A stretch of 64,000 bases of DNA, from the NCBI GenBank assembly GCA_963708075.1, contig OY970194.1, positions 5,728,001 to 5,792,000 of the forward strand, given 5' to 3'. The notes under the pieces are model-generated. The model ran no database searches. It saw only the letters and a list, made by a program, of their open reading frames with translations, and had not been told where the DNA came from. Of this stretch, positions 40,998-49,258 are shown one piece after another (within the stretch, counting starts at the first letter, position 1; every line of letters starts with the position of its first letter). The translations under genes were made by a program, and so were the position numbers. The DNA comes from Sedimentisphaerales bacterium. Its GTDB lineage: Bacteria > Planctomycetota > Phycisphaerae > Sedimentisphaerales > Anaerobacaceae.

Positions 40998-41456
40998 TCA
41001 CTTTTCAGTGTGGCACGCGTGGCGGGTGAATGTCTTGATGGCTGCGGACAGCTCCTGGTAGCAATAGGGCACCTCCTGCCGCTCGCATAGGGCTTTGAGC
41101 TTCTTGAGCACAGCTTCGCTGAGATCGCTCTGAAATGCGGAGTCGCCCCTGCAACAGAAGATCCGGCAGGCGGCGAAGCGATGCTCGTGAACCGTGCAGC
41201 TTGAGCCCTGCTGAGATGGACATCTTCCGGCGGGCATTGGCTTCAACTCAGTGGTATTGAGCTTCGCGGCCAGGTACATCAGCTCGGGTGGCGTGACGTA
41301 GAGCCGATGGTCGTACGCGGGGAAATCGCAGCAGGCCCCGCAGGCGTCGCATTGCCCTGCGCGGTCCGGGTCCTCTTTCAATCGCGCATCGATCCACTCA
41401 TAGAGATCCGCCATCTCCGCGATCAGCCGCCGGTGTCTTTCGGGTGCTCCCACCAT
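40998..41456 (-). CDS. YkgJ-like cysteine-cluster protein; start uncertain
   Basis: CDACGACC, RCP...CTVH..RFAACRIFCC. Confidence 0.75.
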   Translation of the reverse strand: MVGAPERHRRLIAEMADLYEWIDARLKEDPDRAGQCDACGACCDFPAYDHRLYVTPPELMYLAAKLNTTELKPMPAGRCPSQQGSSCTVHEHRFAACRIFCCRGDSAFQSDLSEAVLKKLKALCERQEVPYCYQELSAAIKTFTRHACHTEK

Positions 41457-41923
41457 CGAGCGCTCTTTCGAATCCTCTCAATTTCCTCGCCGCTGTAGTA
41501 TCGGCCGTAGTTGATGCCGGGGCACCGCACGCCGGCCGCACCCCAACCGTCCGGATCGGACAGGTTCTCCGGCCAGAACGGCCACGTCCGGCACTGGTTC
41601 GGCCGGACCGCGTAAATCGCACAACGCCGCTTGCCGTCCACCTCGCGCAGGAAGATGCAGTCCTTCGTGGTCCTGTGCTCGATGATCGTGGTCCGCACCC
41701 CCACGCGGCGCAGGTACCGGCGCCGAAGCTCGCCCGGCGTGATCTTCAGGTGTCTGGCGATCAGCTCGATCTCAGGCTCGATCACCCAGATATACCCCTC
41801 CGTCGGCCCCGCGCAGCATCCCCCGCACTCCCGGCACGCAAAGTGCAAACCGCACGCATACCATCTTGTCCCAACCGGTTCGTCAGTCACATTGACCACG
41901 ATATCACAAACCACATCAAACAT
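41423..41923 (-). CDS. YkgJ family cysteine-cluster protein; start uncertain
   Basis: FACRECGGCC, DCIFL, CAIYAVRPNQCRTWPFW, CPGI. Confidence 0.85.
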   Translation of the reverse strand: MFDVVCDIVVNVTDEPVGTRWYACGLHFACRECGGCCAGPTEGYIWVIEPEIELIARHLKITPGELRRRYLRRVGVRTTIIEHRTTKDCIFLREVDGKRRCAIYAVRPNQCRTWPFWPENLSDPDGWGAAGVRCPGINYGRYYSGEEIERIRKSARWWEHPKDTGG

Positions 41924-42071
41924 GAACGCTTTTCATTTTCCTCGCTTCTATCGAACTCTGAGAACATACGCCCACGCTCAGGACAGGTTCTCCGATGCTC
42001 GCGCAGAATCGCCGTTCAATGCACAGAGCATCTGAGAAACTCGGGTCCATCCGTTTCCTGCGACCTGGATG

Positions 42072-43739
42072 CTACCATTTCAGCACGGCGCCGGTGTCGG
42101 CGCTGGTGGCCATGGTGGCGTACTTGGCCAGGTAGCCGGTCTTGATTCTTGGCTCGGGAGGCTTCCAGGCTTTCTTTCGCTTGGCCAGCTCCTGGGCGGA
42201 GACCTTGACGTTCATCTTGTTGGCCGGGATGTCGATCTCGATGATATCGCCATTTTTCAGCAGGCCGATGGGCCCGCCGACGGCAGCCTCAGGACTGATA
42301 TGGCCGATGCAGGCGCCGCGGGTACCGCCACTGAAGCGTCCGTCTGTGATCAGGGCGACCGACTCACCGAGCCCGGCGCCCATGATGTAGCTGGTCGGGC
42401 TGAGCATCTCCTGCATGCCGGGACCGCCCTTGGGACCTTCGTACCGGATGACCACGATGTCGCCCGCTTTCACCTTGCCGGCCAGAATGCCTTCGCAGGC
42501 GTCTTCCTGGCTCTCGAAAATGACGGCCGGGCCGGTGCGGGTCAGCATGTTCCTGGCGACGCCAGCGGTCTTGACGACGCTGCCGTCGGGGGCGAGGTTG
42601 CCGCGAAGGATGGTCAGGCCGCCGGTCTTCGAGTAGGGGTTCTCGATCGAGCGAATGACCTGCGGGTCCCTGATTCCGGCATTGGCGATGTTTGCGCCGA
42701 GCGTCTTGCCCGTCACGGTGGGACAATCGAGGTTCAGCAGATTTGGAATCTTGCTGATCTCGTTGAGGATTGCGCTGACCCCGCCCGCGGCGTCCACGTC
42801 CTCGACGTGCACGCTGCTCGACGGGGAAACCTTGCAGATGTTCGGACAGCGGGCGGAGATGCCGTTGATTCGGTCGAGGTCGTACTGAATGCCCGCCTCG
42901 CTGGCGATGGCGAGGGTGTGCAGGACGGTGTTCGTCGAGCCGCCCATGGCCATATCGAGCACCAGGGCGTTGTCCATCGACTTGAGGCTGATGATATCGA
43001 GCGGCTTCACGTCGTTCTTGATCAGCTCCACGATTTGCCGGCCGGCGGCCTTGTACAGGTCCTGGCGTTTCGGGTCCACGGCCAGGATCGTGCCATTGCC
43101 GGGCAGAGCCATGCCGATGGCTTCGGCCAGGCAATTCATCGAGTTGGCGGTGAACAGGCCGGAGCAGCTTCCCTGCGTCGGGCACGCGGTGCATTCGAGC
43201 TCGTCGAGATACTCCGCGGTGATCTTGCCGGCATTGAATTGGGCGACGCCCTCAAAGATGCTGATGAGATCGACGGTCTTGCCTCCTTTGGTCTTGCCGG
43301 CCTTCATGGGTCCGCCGGAGACGTAGATCGTCGGGATATTCAGGCGCACGGAGGCCATGAGCATGCCCGGGACGATCTTGTCGCAGTTGGCGATGCAGAC
43401 CAGGCCGTCGAAGCAGTGCGCGAGGGCCATCGCCTCGACGGAATCGGCGACGATCTCTCGCGAGGCCAGCGAGTACTTCATGCCCGTGTGTCCCATGGCG
43501 ACACCGTCACAGATGGCGATGGTGTTGAACTCGAAGGGCGTGCCGCCGGCCTGCCGGATGGCGTCCTTGACAACCTGGGCCACCTTGTTCAGGTGGACAT
43601 GCCCCGGCACGACCTCGCAAAAGCTGTTGGCGACTCCAATGAACGGCTTGTCGATATCCGCGTCGCTCAGTCCGCATGCGTGAAGCAGGGCACGATGAGG
43701 CGCCCGCTGGAAACCCTTCTTGACTGTGTCACTTCTCAT
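42072..43739 (-). CDS. ilvD: Dihydroxy-acid dehydratase
   Basis: [40 protein letters not shown]. Confidence 0.97.
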   Translation of the reverse strand: MRSDTVKKGFQRAPHRALLHACGLSDADIDKPFIGVANSFCEVVPGHVHLNKVAQVVKDAIRQAGGTPFEFNTIAICDGVAMGHTGMKYSLASREIVADSVEAMALAHCFDGLVCIANCDKIVPGMLMASVRLNIPTIYVSGGPMKAGKTKGGKTVDLISIFEGVAQFNAGKITAEYLDELECTACPTQGSCSGLFTANSMNCLAEAIGMALPGNGTILAVDPKRQDLYKAAGRQIVELIKNDVKPLDIISLKSMDNALVLDMAMGGSTNTVLHTLAIASEAGIQYDLDRINGISARCPNICKVSPSSSVHVEDVDAAGGVSAILNEISKIPNLLNLDCPTVTGKTLGANIANAGIRDPQVIRSIENPYSKTGGLTILRGNLAPDGSVVKTAGVARNMLTRTGPAVIFESQEDACEGILAGKVKAGDIVVIRYEGPKGGPGMQEMLSPTSYIMGAGLGESVALITDGRFSGGTRGACIGHISPEAAVGGPIGLLKNGDIIEIDIPANKMNVKVSAQELAKRKKAWKPPEPRIKTGYLAKYATMATSADTGAVLKW

Positions 43740-43808
43740 TGTCGAACTTCTCCGAAAAAACGCACCATGAATTCATAACATGGTAAGAATGCCACAGAAA
43801 CCACCAAC

Positions 43809-43884
43809 ATGTCATTCCCGCGAAGGCGGGAATCCAGCCACGTACCGGAGTTTTCCTGGACCCCCGCCTGCGCGGGGGTGACAT
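43809..43884. repeat. REP-like double palindrome (GTCATTCCCGCGAAGGCGGGAATCCA type)
   Basis: ATGTCATTCCCGCGAAGGCGGGAATCCAG ... CTGGACCCCCGCCTGCGCGGGGGTGACAT. Confidence 0.85.
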
Positions 43885-44032
43885 ACAGAGACTCATTCAA
43901 CAAAAACCTAAGTTTAGCTGTCGGACAGGGGTGAATAAAGAAAAATCATTGTTCGCAGGATGGCTGATCGTATAATTGCCGCGAGGTGGGGAGGGTACGC
44001 CACGGGAAATCAGGAATTGGCAGGAAGGCTAC

Positions 44033-45157
44033 ATGGCAGGAATGGCAAGAATCGGTATCATCGTCCGGGGGGGCCTCATTGGCTTGATGCTGGCGGCGTA
44101 CGGCTGCCGGAACGAAAGCCGTTCGGCTTCGGGGGTTCAGACCGGGCCGCAAGCGACGGTTGTCAAGACGCCGGAAGACAAGACGGGCTCACAAAATATG
44201 CAGCCGCCCGTTGCGGAGGTCCATACCCGGCAGGACCAGAGCATTCAGAGCAAACCCGACGAATCGCAGCCGGTGGTGGATTTGACGTTACGATTCGCTC
44301 CAGGTGCGGCCGCCACATACAAAGTCGCGGTGGAGCAGGGAAAAAGCGTGGCTTGGCAAGGGGCTGCATCGACACGGCCCGCAGGATTCGAAGATGGACG
44401 CACCGACAGTCGGATCGAGATGACGTTCGGGCAGGAAGTCCAGACTGTCGATCCCGTCGGCGACGCGGTGGTCAAAATCACGATCCAGGCCCTGAAGTAC
44501 TTCAACCGCGTGCACAACAAGGTGGGTTCTCGACTTCGACAGCACGAGACCGGCGGACCAGGAGAACCCCCTGGCCAAGCTCATCGGCCAGAGCTACAGG
44601 ATCAAGCTTTCCCGCAGAGGCGATGTGCCGGCAATCGTGGAGGCCACTCAAGCTCGCTCCGCGGTCCCGGCGAGTTCCCCCGCATTTGCGATGGTGCAGA
44701 GACTACTGTCTGAAGATGGGATCAGAGAGCGGCACACGATCCCGGCGTTGGCGGCTCTCAGCGAAGGTCAGGTGCGTCCCGGACAGAGCTGGACAAATGA
44801 GAAGAGCTTCTCTTTTTCGTGGATGGGCTCGAAATCGTTTGAGCGGGTGTACACCCTCCGCAAAGTGTCTGAGGGCGACGGCGGGCGTCTGGCCATGGTC
44901 GAGATGAAGGCGATCCCGGCCGCTGGGCAGCCGCAGGGGCGCAGACAATGGGCGCGTTCGCGGGAATCGCCGACAACACGAGCAACTACGATGGCCGGTT
45001 TGTGTTCGACCTTGAGACCGGGCGGGTCCGCGAGTACAGCGAGCAGATGCGCACCGAATGGGTCGTGCCGGACCCCGAGGCCATCGAGGGCAGGGCCGAC
45101 CCGGCGGCCGTGAAAATGGCGGCGAGCTGGCTTCGACAGGTCGAGCTCGTGAAGTGA
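44033..45157 (+). CDS. Hypothetical lipoprotein, paralog of the next gene; frameshifts at ~44527 and ~44939
   Basis: AYGC lipobox; three consecutive partial frames with LRFAPG, VRPGQSW and FDLETGRV resembling 45164-46219. Confidence 0.7.
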
Positions 45158-45163
45158 CCACGG

Positions 45164-46219
45164 ATGAAAGGAGAGAACTTGAGGACCGGATGCGCAGTTG
45201 CAATTGCTGTCTTGATGCTGGCGAGCGGGTGCGGAACGCCTGGGAATACGCCGGGGAAAGTTGACGCGGGTAAGCCCGTGCTGTTCACGGTGGATTTCAA
45301 GCCGGGACAGACCCTTCGCTACAGGTTCGTCTCAAGCAGGAAGATTGCTCTGGACTGGGATCCCAATGCCCAATCGGGCGCCGGCAAGGTACAGGAGCAG
45401 TTGGAGCAACTGGAGTTGGTCGTCTCCTATACGCCGGTCGAGGTAAACCCATACGGGATCAGCACGATCCGTGCGGTATGCGAATCGGTGAAGGTGACGC
45501 GGGGCGGCGGGGCCGGCCGCCGGATGTTCGGCGCCGACGCGGTGGAAACCGCTCGGGGTAAGACCTTCACGATCAAGGTGGACCCTCGCGGCAAGATCGT
45601 AGATAATGCCGAGTTAAAATCACTGGTTCAAGAGATGGGCAAGAGCGCGTTCCAGGGCGATAGCGAGCCCCGACGGATCAAGCAGCCCGATATGATCGGC
45701 GATTTCGTCGCCAGTCAGTGGTTTCTCTGGGACGCCGTTTCCAGCGTGGAGCAGCCCGCCGGCGGCGTGTCGCCCGGGCAGACGTGGCCTTCGCAGCTTT
45801 CCGTGCCGACCCCGATGGTGATGCGCAAAGCCCGTGATGTGGTCTATCGACTGGAGGAGGTCCGCCAGACGGACACCGGGCGGGTGGCGGTCATCAAGAG
45901 CACGTACACGCTGGCGGAGAAGGCCCCTGCAAGCTGGCCGGTGCCCTATTCCGGCCGGTTCCAGATGGCCGGCACGTTCGGCTTCCTCGGCGGCTATCAG
46001 CCGTCGAGCCTGGCAGGCGAGGGGCAGGAACTGTTCAACGTCGATGCCGGCCGGGTGGAGAACTACCAGCAGAAATATACAGTAGAGATGAATGCGTCGC
46101 TGCCCCCGATGGGGATTCAGGCGAATCCGCACATCCGGATTGACCAGACTCTGACAATGGAGCTGGTGAACGCGGAAATCCAAAATCCGAATATCGAAGT
46201 CCGAAACAAGGTCGAATGA
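45164..46219 (+). CDS. Hypothetical lipoprotein
   Basis: ASGC lipobox; VDFKPGQTLRY, VSPGQTW, FNVDAGRV. Confidence 0.75.
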   Translation: MKGENLRTGCAVAIAVLMLASGCGTPGNTPGKVDAGKPVLFTVDFKPGQTLRYRFVSSRKIALDWDPNAQSGAGKVQEQLEQLELVVSYTPVEVNPYGISTIRAVCESVKVTRGGGAGRRMFGADAVETARGKTFTIKVDPRGKIVDNAELKSLVQEMGKSAFQGDSEPRRIKQPDMIGDFVASQWFLWDAVSSVEQPAGGVSPGQTWPSQLSVPTPMVMRKARDVVYRLEEVRQTDTGRVAVIKSTYTLAEKAPASWPVPYSGRFQMAGTFGFLGGYQPSSLAGEGQELFNVDAGRVENYQQKYTVEMNASLPPMGIQANPHIRIDQTLTMELVNAEIQNPNIEVRNKVE

Positions 46220-46328
46220 AGAAAACCGGAAACTCAAAACCGGGCAGCGACCGGCAACAGTGTTTCCGGCCTTTCAGTTTCGTGCTTCGGATCTGTTTCG
46301 GATTCCGATATTCGTGCTTCGCGCTTTT
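46176..46328. repeat. Heptamer-periodic inverted repeat overlapping the lipoprotein 3' end
   Basis: aaatccaaaatccgaatatcgaagtccgaaaca ... tgtttcggattccgatattcgtgcttcgcgcttt. Confidence 0.75.
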
Positions 46329-46349
46329 GTAATTTGGAGGTAACGGCAC

Positions 46350-46858
46350 TTGGATCAGAACATCCTGTGGGCCCCGTGGAGAATACCGTATATCCAAGGC
46401 ATCGAGAAGAACAACGACTGTTTTCTCTGCCACAATCTCGCGCATCCGGAAGAGGATGAGCAGAACCTGGTTCTCTGGCGGACAGACAGAAGCATCGTGG
46501 TGCTGAATCGGTTTCCGTACAATAACGGGCACCTGCTGATTGCACCTGCGCGGCATATCGCCGAGCTTGGCCAGACCTCGGAGGATGAGATGCTGGAGCT
46601 GGTCAAACTGGTCCGGGAGTCGCAGCGGGTGTTGTCGCTGGCCATTCATCCGCACGGCTTCAACGTGGGCCTGAACTTCGGCGCTGCGCGGGGGCGGGCC
46701 TGCCCGGCCATATGCACATCCACGTCGTGCCGCGATGGGATGGAGATACGAATTTCATGAGCGTTTGCAGCGATACGAAAGTCGTAAGCCAGTCGCTGCA
46801 GGAGTTGCTGAGCGAGTTGAAGAGGGTAAGCGCCGAGCACGGTTTGCCTGCGCTGTAG
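46350..46858 (+). CDS. HIT family hydrolase (Ap4A phosphorylase-like); -1 frameshift at ~46681
   Basis: LWAPWRIPYI, CFLC, LNRFPYNNGHL; the next frame gives AGAGLPGHMHIHVVPRW. Confidence 0.88.
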
Positions 46859-46928
46859 AACAGGATTGTGCGAGACGACATAGGATGTATGGGACCAACA
46901 GGACCTATGTTGTGGACCGGGTGCACTG

Positions 46929-48125
46929 ATGTCTGATGGGCTGAAACCATATGCCGTGACGGAGGCCGTGAGCAAAGGCCGAGCCTTTCCCGAGCCGCCT
47001 CACCCGTACCGCTCCGACTTCGAGCGGGACCGCGACCGGATCATCCACAGCTCGGCGTTTCGACGTCTCGAAGGCAAGACCCAGGTGTTCTCGCCCGGAC
47101 TCGACGACTACTATCGCTCCCGCCTGACGCACAGTATCGAGGTCGCCCAGATCGGCAGGACCATCGCCAAGGTGCTCGGCCTCAACGAGAGCCTTACGGA
47201 GGCGATCTGCCTGGCCCACGACCTGGGGCATCCGCCATTCGGGCACACGGGGGAGAAGACGCTCAATGAGTTGATGGCAGATCACGGCGGTTTCGAACAC
47301 AATGCCCAGACGCTTCGCATCGTCACTTTGCTCGAACATCCCTACCCCGCGTTCATGGGCTTGAACCTGATGTACGAGACCCGGCTGGGCCTGGCGCGGA
47401 AATGCGTCGAGGCAGTAGAGCGTAGGGCCAAACTGGCTTCGATTGCGGAATGTGGAATGTGGAGTGTGGATTCGGTTCGCGGTGCTACTCCGCACTCCGC
47501 ACTCCGCACTCCGCAATTCTCGGGGGAGATCAATTGCACGCTGGAGGGCCAAATCGCCGACGTGGCCGACCGCATCGCGTACAACTGCCACGATCTCGAG
47601 GACGGGCTGCGTGCCCGGCTGATCGAGGGCAACCAGATGCGGCACGTGCAGATCTATGTCGAAGCGACGCGAAAGGTGGGCGTCGAGCGAATCCCGGATT
47701 GGACGATCCGGCGGACCCGCACGGCCAAGACCATCACGGACCGGCTCGTCAGCGACTGCATCGACAACAGCCGCAGGCAGATCACCGACGCCGGCATCCG
47801 GACCGCCTACGACGCCTGCCATCGAGTGGAGGATCTGGTCTCGCTTTCGCCGGAAAGCGACCGGCAACTGGCGGAGCTCGAGCAATTCCTGTATGCCAAC
47901 TTCTATCACCATGAGAGGCTGCTCGCCGCGGCGCAGAGGACGCGAGGCTGGCTGACCGAGCTCTTCGAGCAGCTCTGTCGGGAGCCCCACAGGATGCCCA
48001 GCTATTTCCGCGATTTCATCCCGGAGTACGGCCTGCAGCGGGCCGTCTGCGACTACATCGCCGGCATGACCGACCGCTACTGCCTCAGGCTACTTGGCGT
48101 GACTGAGCCGACTCCCGGCCGATGA
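46929..48125 (+). CDS. dgt: dNTP triphosphohydrolase (dGTPase-like)
   Basis: RDRDRIIHS, FRRLEGKTQV, RLTHSIEV, LAHDLGHPPFGH, DYIAGMTDRY. Confidence 0.92.
   Translation: MSDGLKPYAVTEAVSKGRAFPEPPHPYRSDFERDRDRIIHSSAFRRLEGKTQVFSPGLDDYYRSRLTHSIEVAQIGRTIAKVLGLNESLTEAICLAHDLGHPPFGHTGEKTLNELMADHGGFEHNAQTLRIVTLLEHPYPAFMGLNLMYETRLGLARKCVEAVERRAKLASIAECGMWSVDSVRGATPHSALRTPQFSGEINCTLEGQIADVADRIAYNCHDLEDGLRARLIEGNQMRHVQIYVEATRKVGVERIPDWTIRRTRTAKTITDRLVSDCIDNSRRQITDAGIRTAYDACHRVEDLVSLSPESDRQLAELEQFLYANFYHHERLLAAAQRTRGWLTELFEQLCREPHRMPSYFRDFIPEYGLQRAVCDYIAGMTDRYCLRLLGVTEPTPGR
47442..47517. repeat. In-frame heptamer palindromic insert inside dgt
   Basis: attgcggaatgtggaatgtggagtgtggat ... actccgcactccgcactccgcactccgcaat. 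Confidence 0.85.
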
Positions 48126-48166
48126 CTTTTGACTCTGCACAATTATTTCGCTATTCTCTCTTGCCT

Positions 48167-48661
48167 ATGAAACGATGGATCGCAACGTGTTTTGGGTTGG
48201 GATGGCTGCCGGTGGCGCCGGGAACGTGGGGTTCGCTGCCGCCGGCGATTGTGTTTGGCGTTCTCATGTATTGCGGCGCGTCGGACGTTGCCGCAACCAT
48301 CGTACTGGCTGTCATGACGGTGTTTGGCTGCGCCACCTGTCTTTGTTGTGCGCCGGCGTCGATCGCCGCGACGGGAAAGAACGATCCGGGGGAGGTGGTG
48401 ATGGACGAGTTTGCGGCCCAGGCCCTGACGTTTCTGGCCACGCCGCTGCTGTTGCCGCGACCCTTGTCCGGCGGGGAGAGCTTCTTGTTTGCCCTGCTTG
48501 GATTCCTGCTGTTCCGGGCATTCGACATCTTCAAGCCCTGGCCAATACGGAAGCTTGAACGCTTGCCCAGCGGTTGGGGCATCCTGGCGGACGACCTCGT
48601 CGCCGGCATCGGCTCAGCGATTGTCCTGTATCTTGCGACATATCTAATGGTCCGCGCCTGA
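48167..48661 (+). CDS. pgpA: Phosphatidylglycerophosphatase A
   Basis: PVAPGTWGS, DPGEVVMDE, FRAFDIFKPWP, GILADDLVAG. Confidence 0.92.
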   Translation: MKRWIATCFGLGWLPVAPGTWGSLPPAIVFGVLMYCGASDVAATIVLAVMTVFGCATCLCCAPASIAATGKNDPGEVVMDEFAAQALTFLATPLLLPRPLSGGESFLFALLGFLLFRAFDIFKPWPIRKLERLPSGWGILADDLVAGIGSAIVLYLATYLMVRA

Positions 48662-48730
48662 TCCAACACAGCCTGAGGCAGTCACGGATTCTCATTGATT
48701 CGGCAGGCACCCGGATGATAAACTATAGCC

Positions 48731-48922
48731 ATGAAAACAATCCGTTATATCTATTGGCAGGATGAGGAAATGTGGCTGGGGTATCTGGAGGAGTATCCTG
48801 ACTACATGACGCAAGGCCAGACGGTTGACGAGCTTCAGGAGAACCTCAAAGATCTCTACGAAGAACTGACGAGCGGACGGATACCCGGAGTGCGACGGGT
48901 GGCGGAGCTGGAGATCGCATGA
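48731..48922 (+). CDS. hicB: Short HicB-family antitoxin (63 aa)
   Basis: WLGYLEEYPDYMTQGQTVDELQENLKD. Confidence 0.85.
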   Translation: MKTIRYIYWQDEEMWLGYLEEYPDYMTQGQTVDELQENLKDLYEELTSGRIPGVRRVAELEIA

Positions 48923-49095
48923 AGCGAACGGACCTGATCCGACGTCTGGAGAACGAAGGCTGTGTCTTGCTGCGTCATGGGGGTCGCCACGATTGGTACC
49001 AGAATCCGCGAACAGGGGCATGTCAGCCCGTCCCTCGACACCGTGAAATCAATGAGCGTCTGGCCCATCATATTCTTGCCAAGTTGAAAGACTGA
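48919..49095 (+). CDS. hicA: HicA-family mRNA interferase toxin (58 aa; absent from the ORF track)
   Basis: Manual translation MKRTDLIRRLENEGCVLLRHGGRHDWYQNPRTGACQPVPRHREINERLAHHILAKLKD; ATGA overlap with hicB. Confidence 0.88.
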   Translation: MKRTDLIRRLENEGCVLLRHGGRHDWYQNPRTGACQPVPRHREINERLAHHILAKLKD

Positions 49096-49258
49096 GCCAC
49101 CGATCAAGAAATATGTTTCCCGCATGATTTCGAGGGCCTCTTGCGTTACGCATCTGGGCGCACTTCGTCTGTTTTCCGTTGACCTGGAGTCGTCTTTACG
49201 GTAGTGTTTTAGCCTTGTCGTGAATGACGGGGGTTAGCAGAACCACGGGAAGACATGC

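Noticed and set aside
42069..43778. Long antisense ORFs (e.g. opposite ilvD, phoH, HD, hlyC, AsmA-like)
   Set aside because: Shadow frames expected from high GC3 codon bias opposite well-supported genes.
46878..46910. Short 9-mer-periodic repeat ACATAGGATGTATGGGACCAACAGGACCTATGT
   Set aside because: Only about three degenerate units and a single instance; insufficient support.
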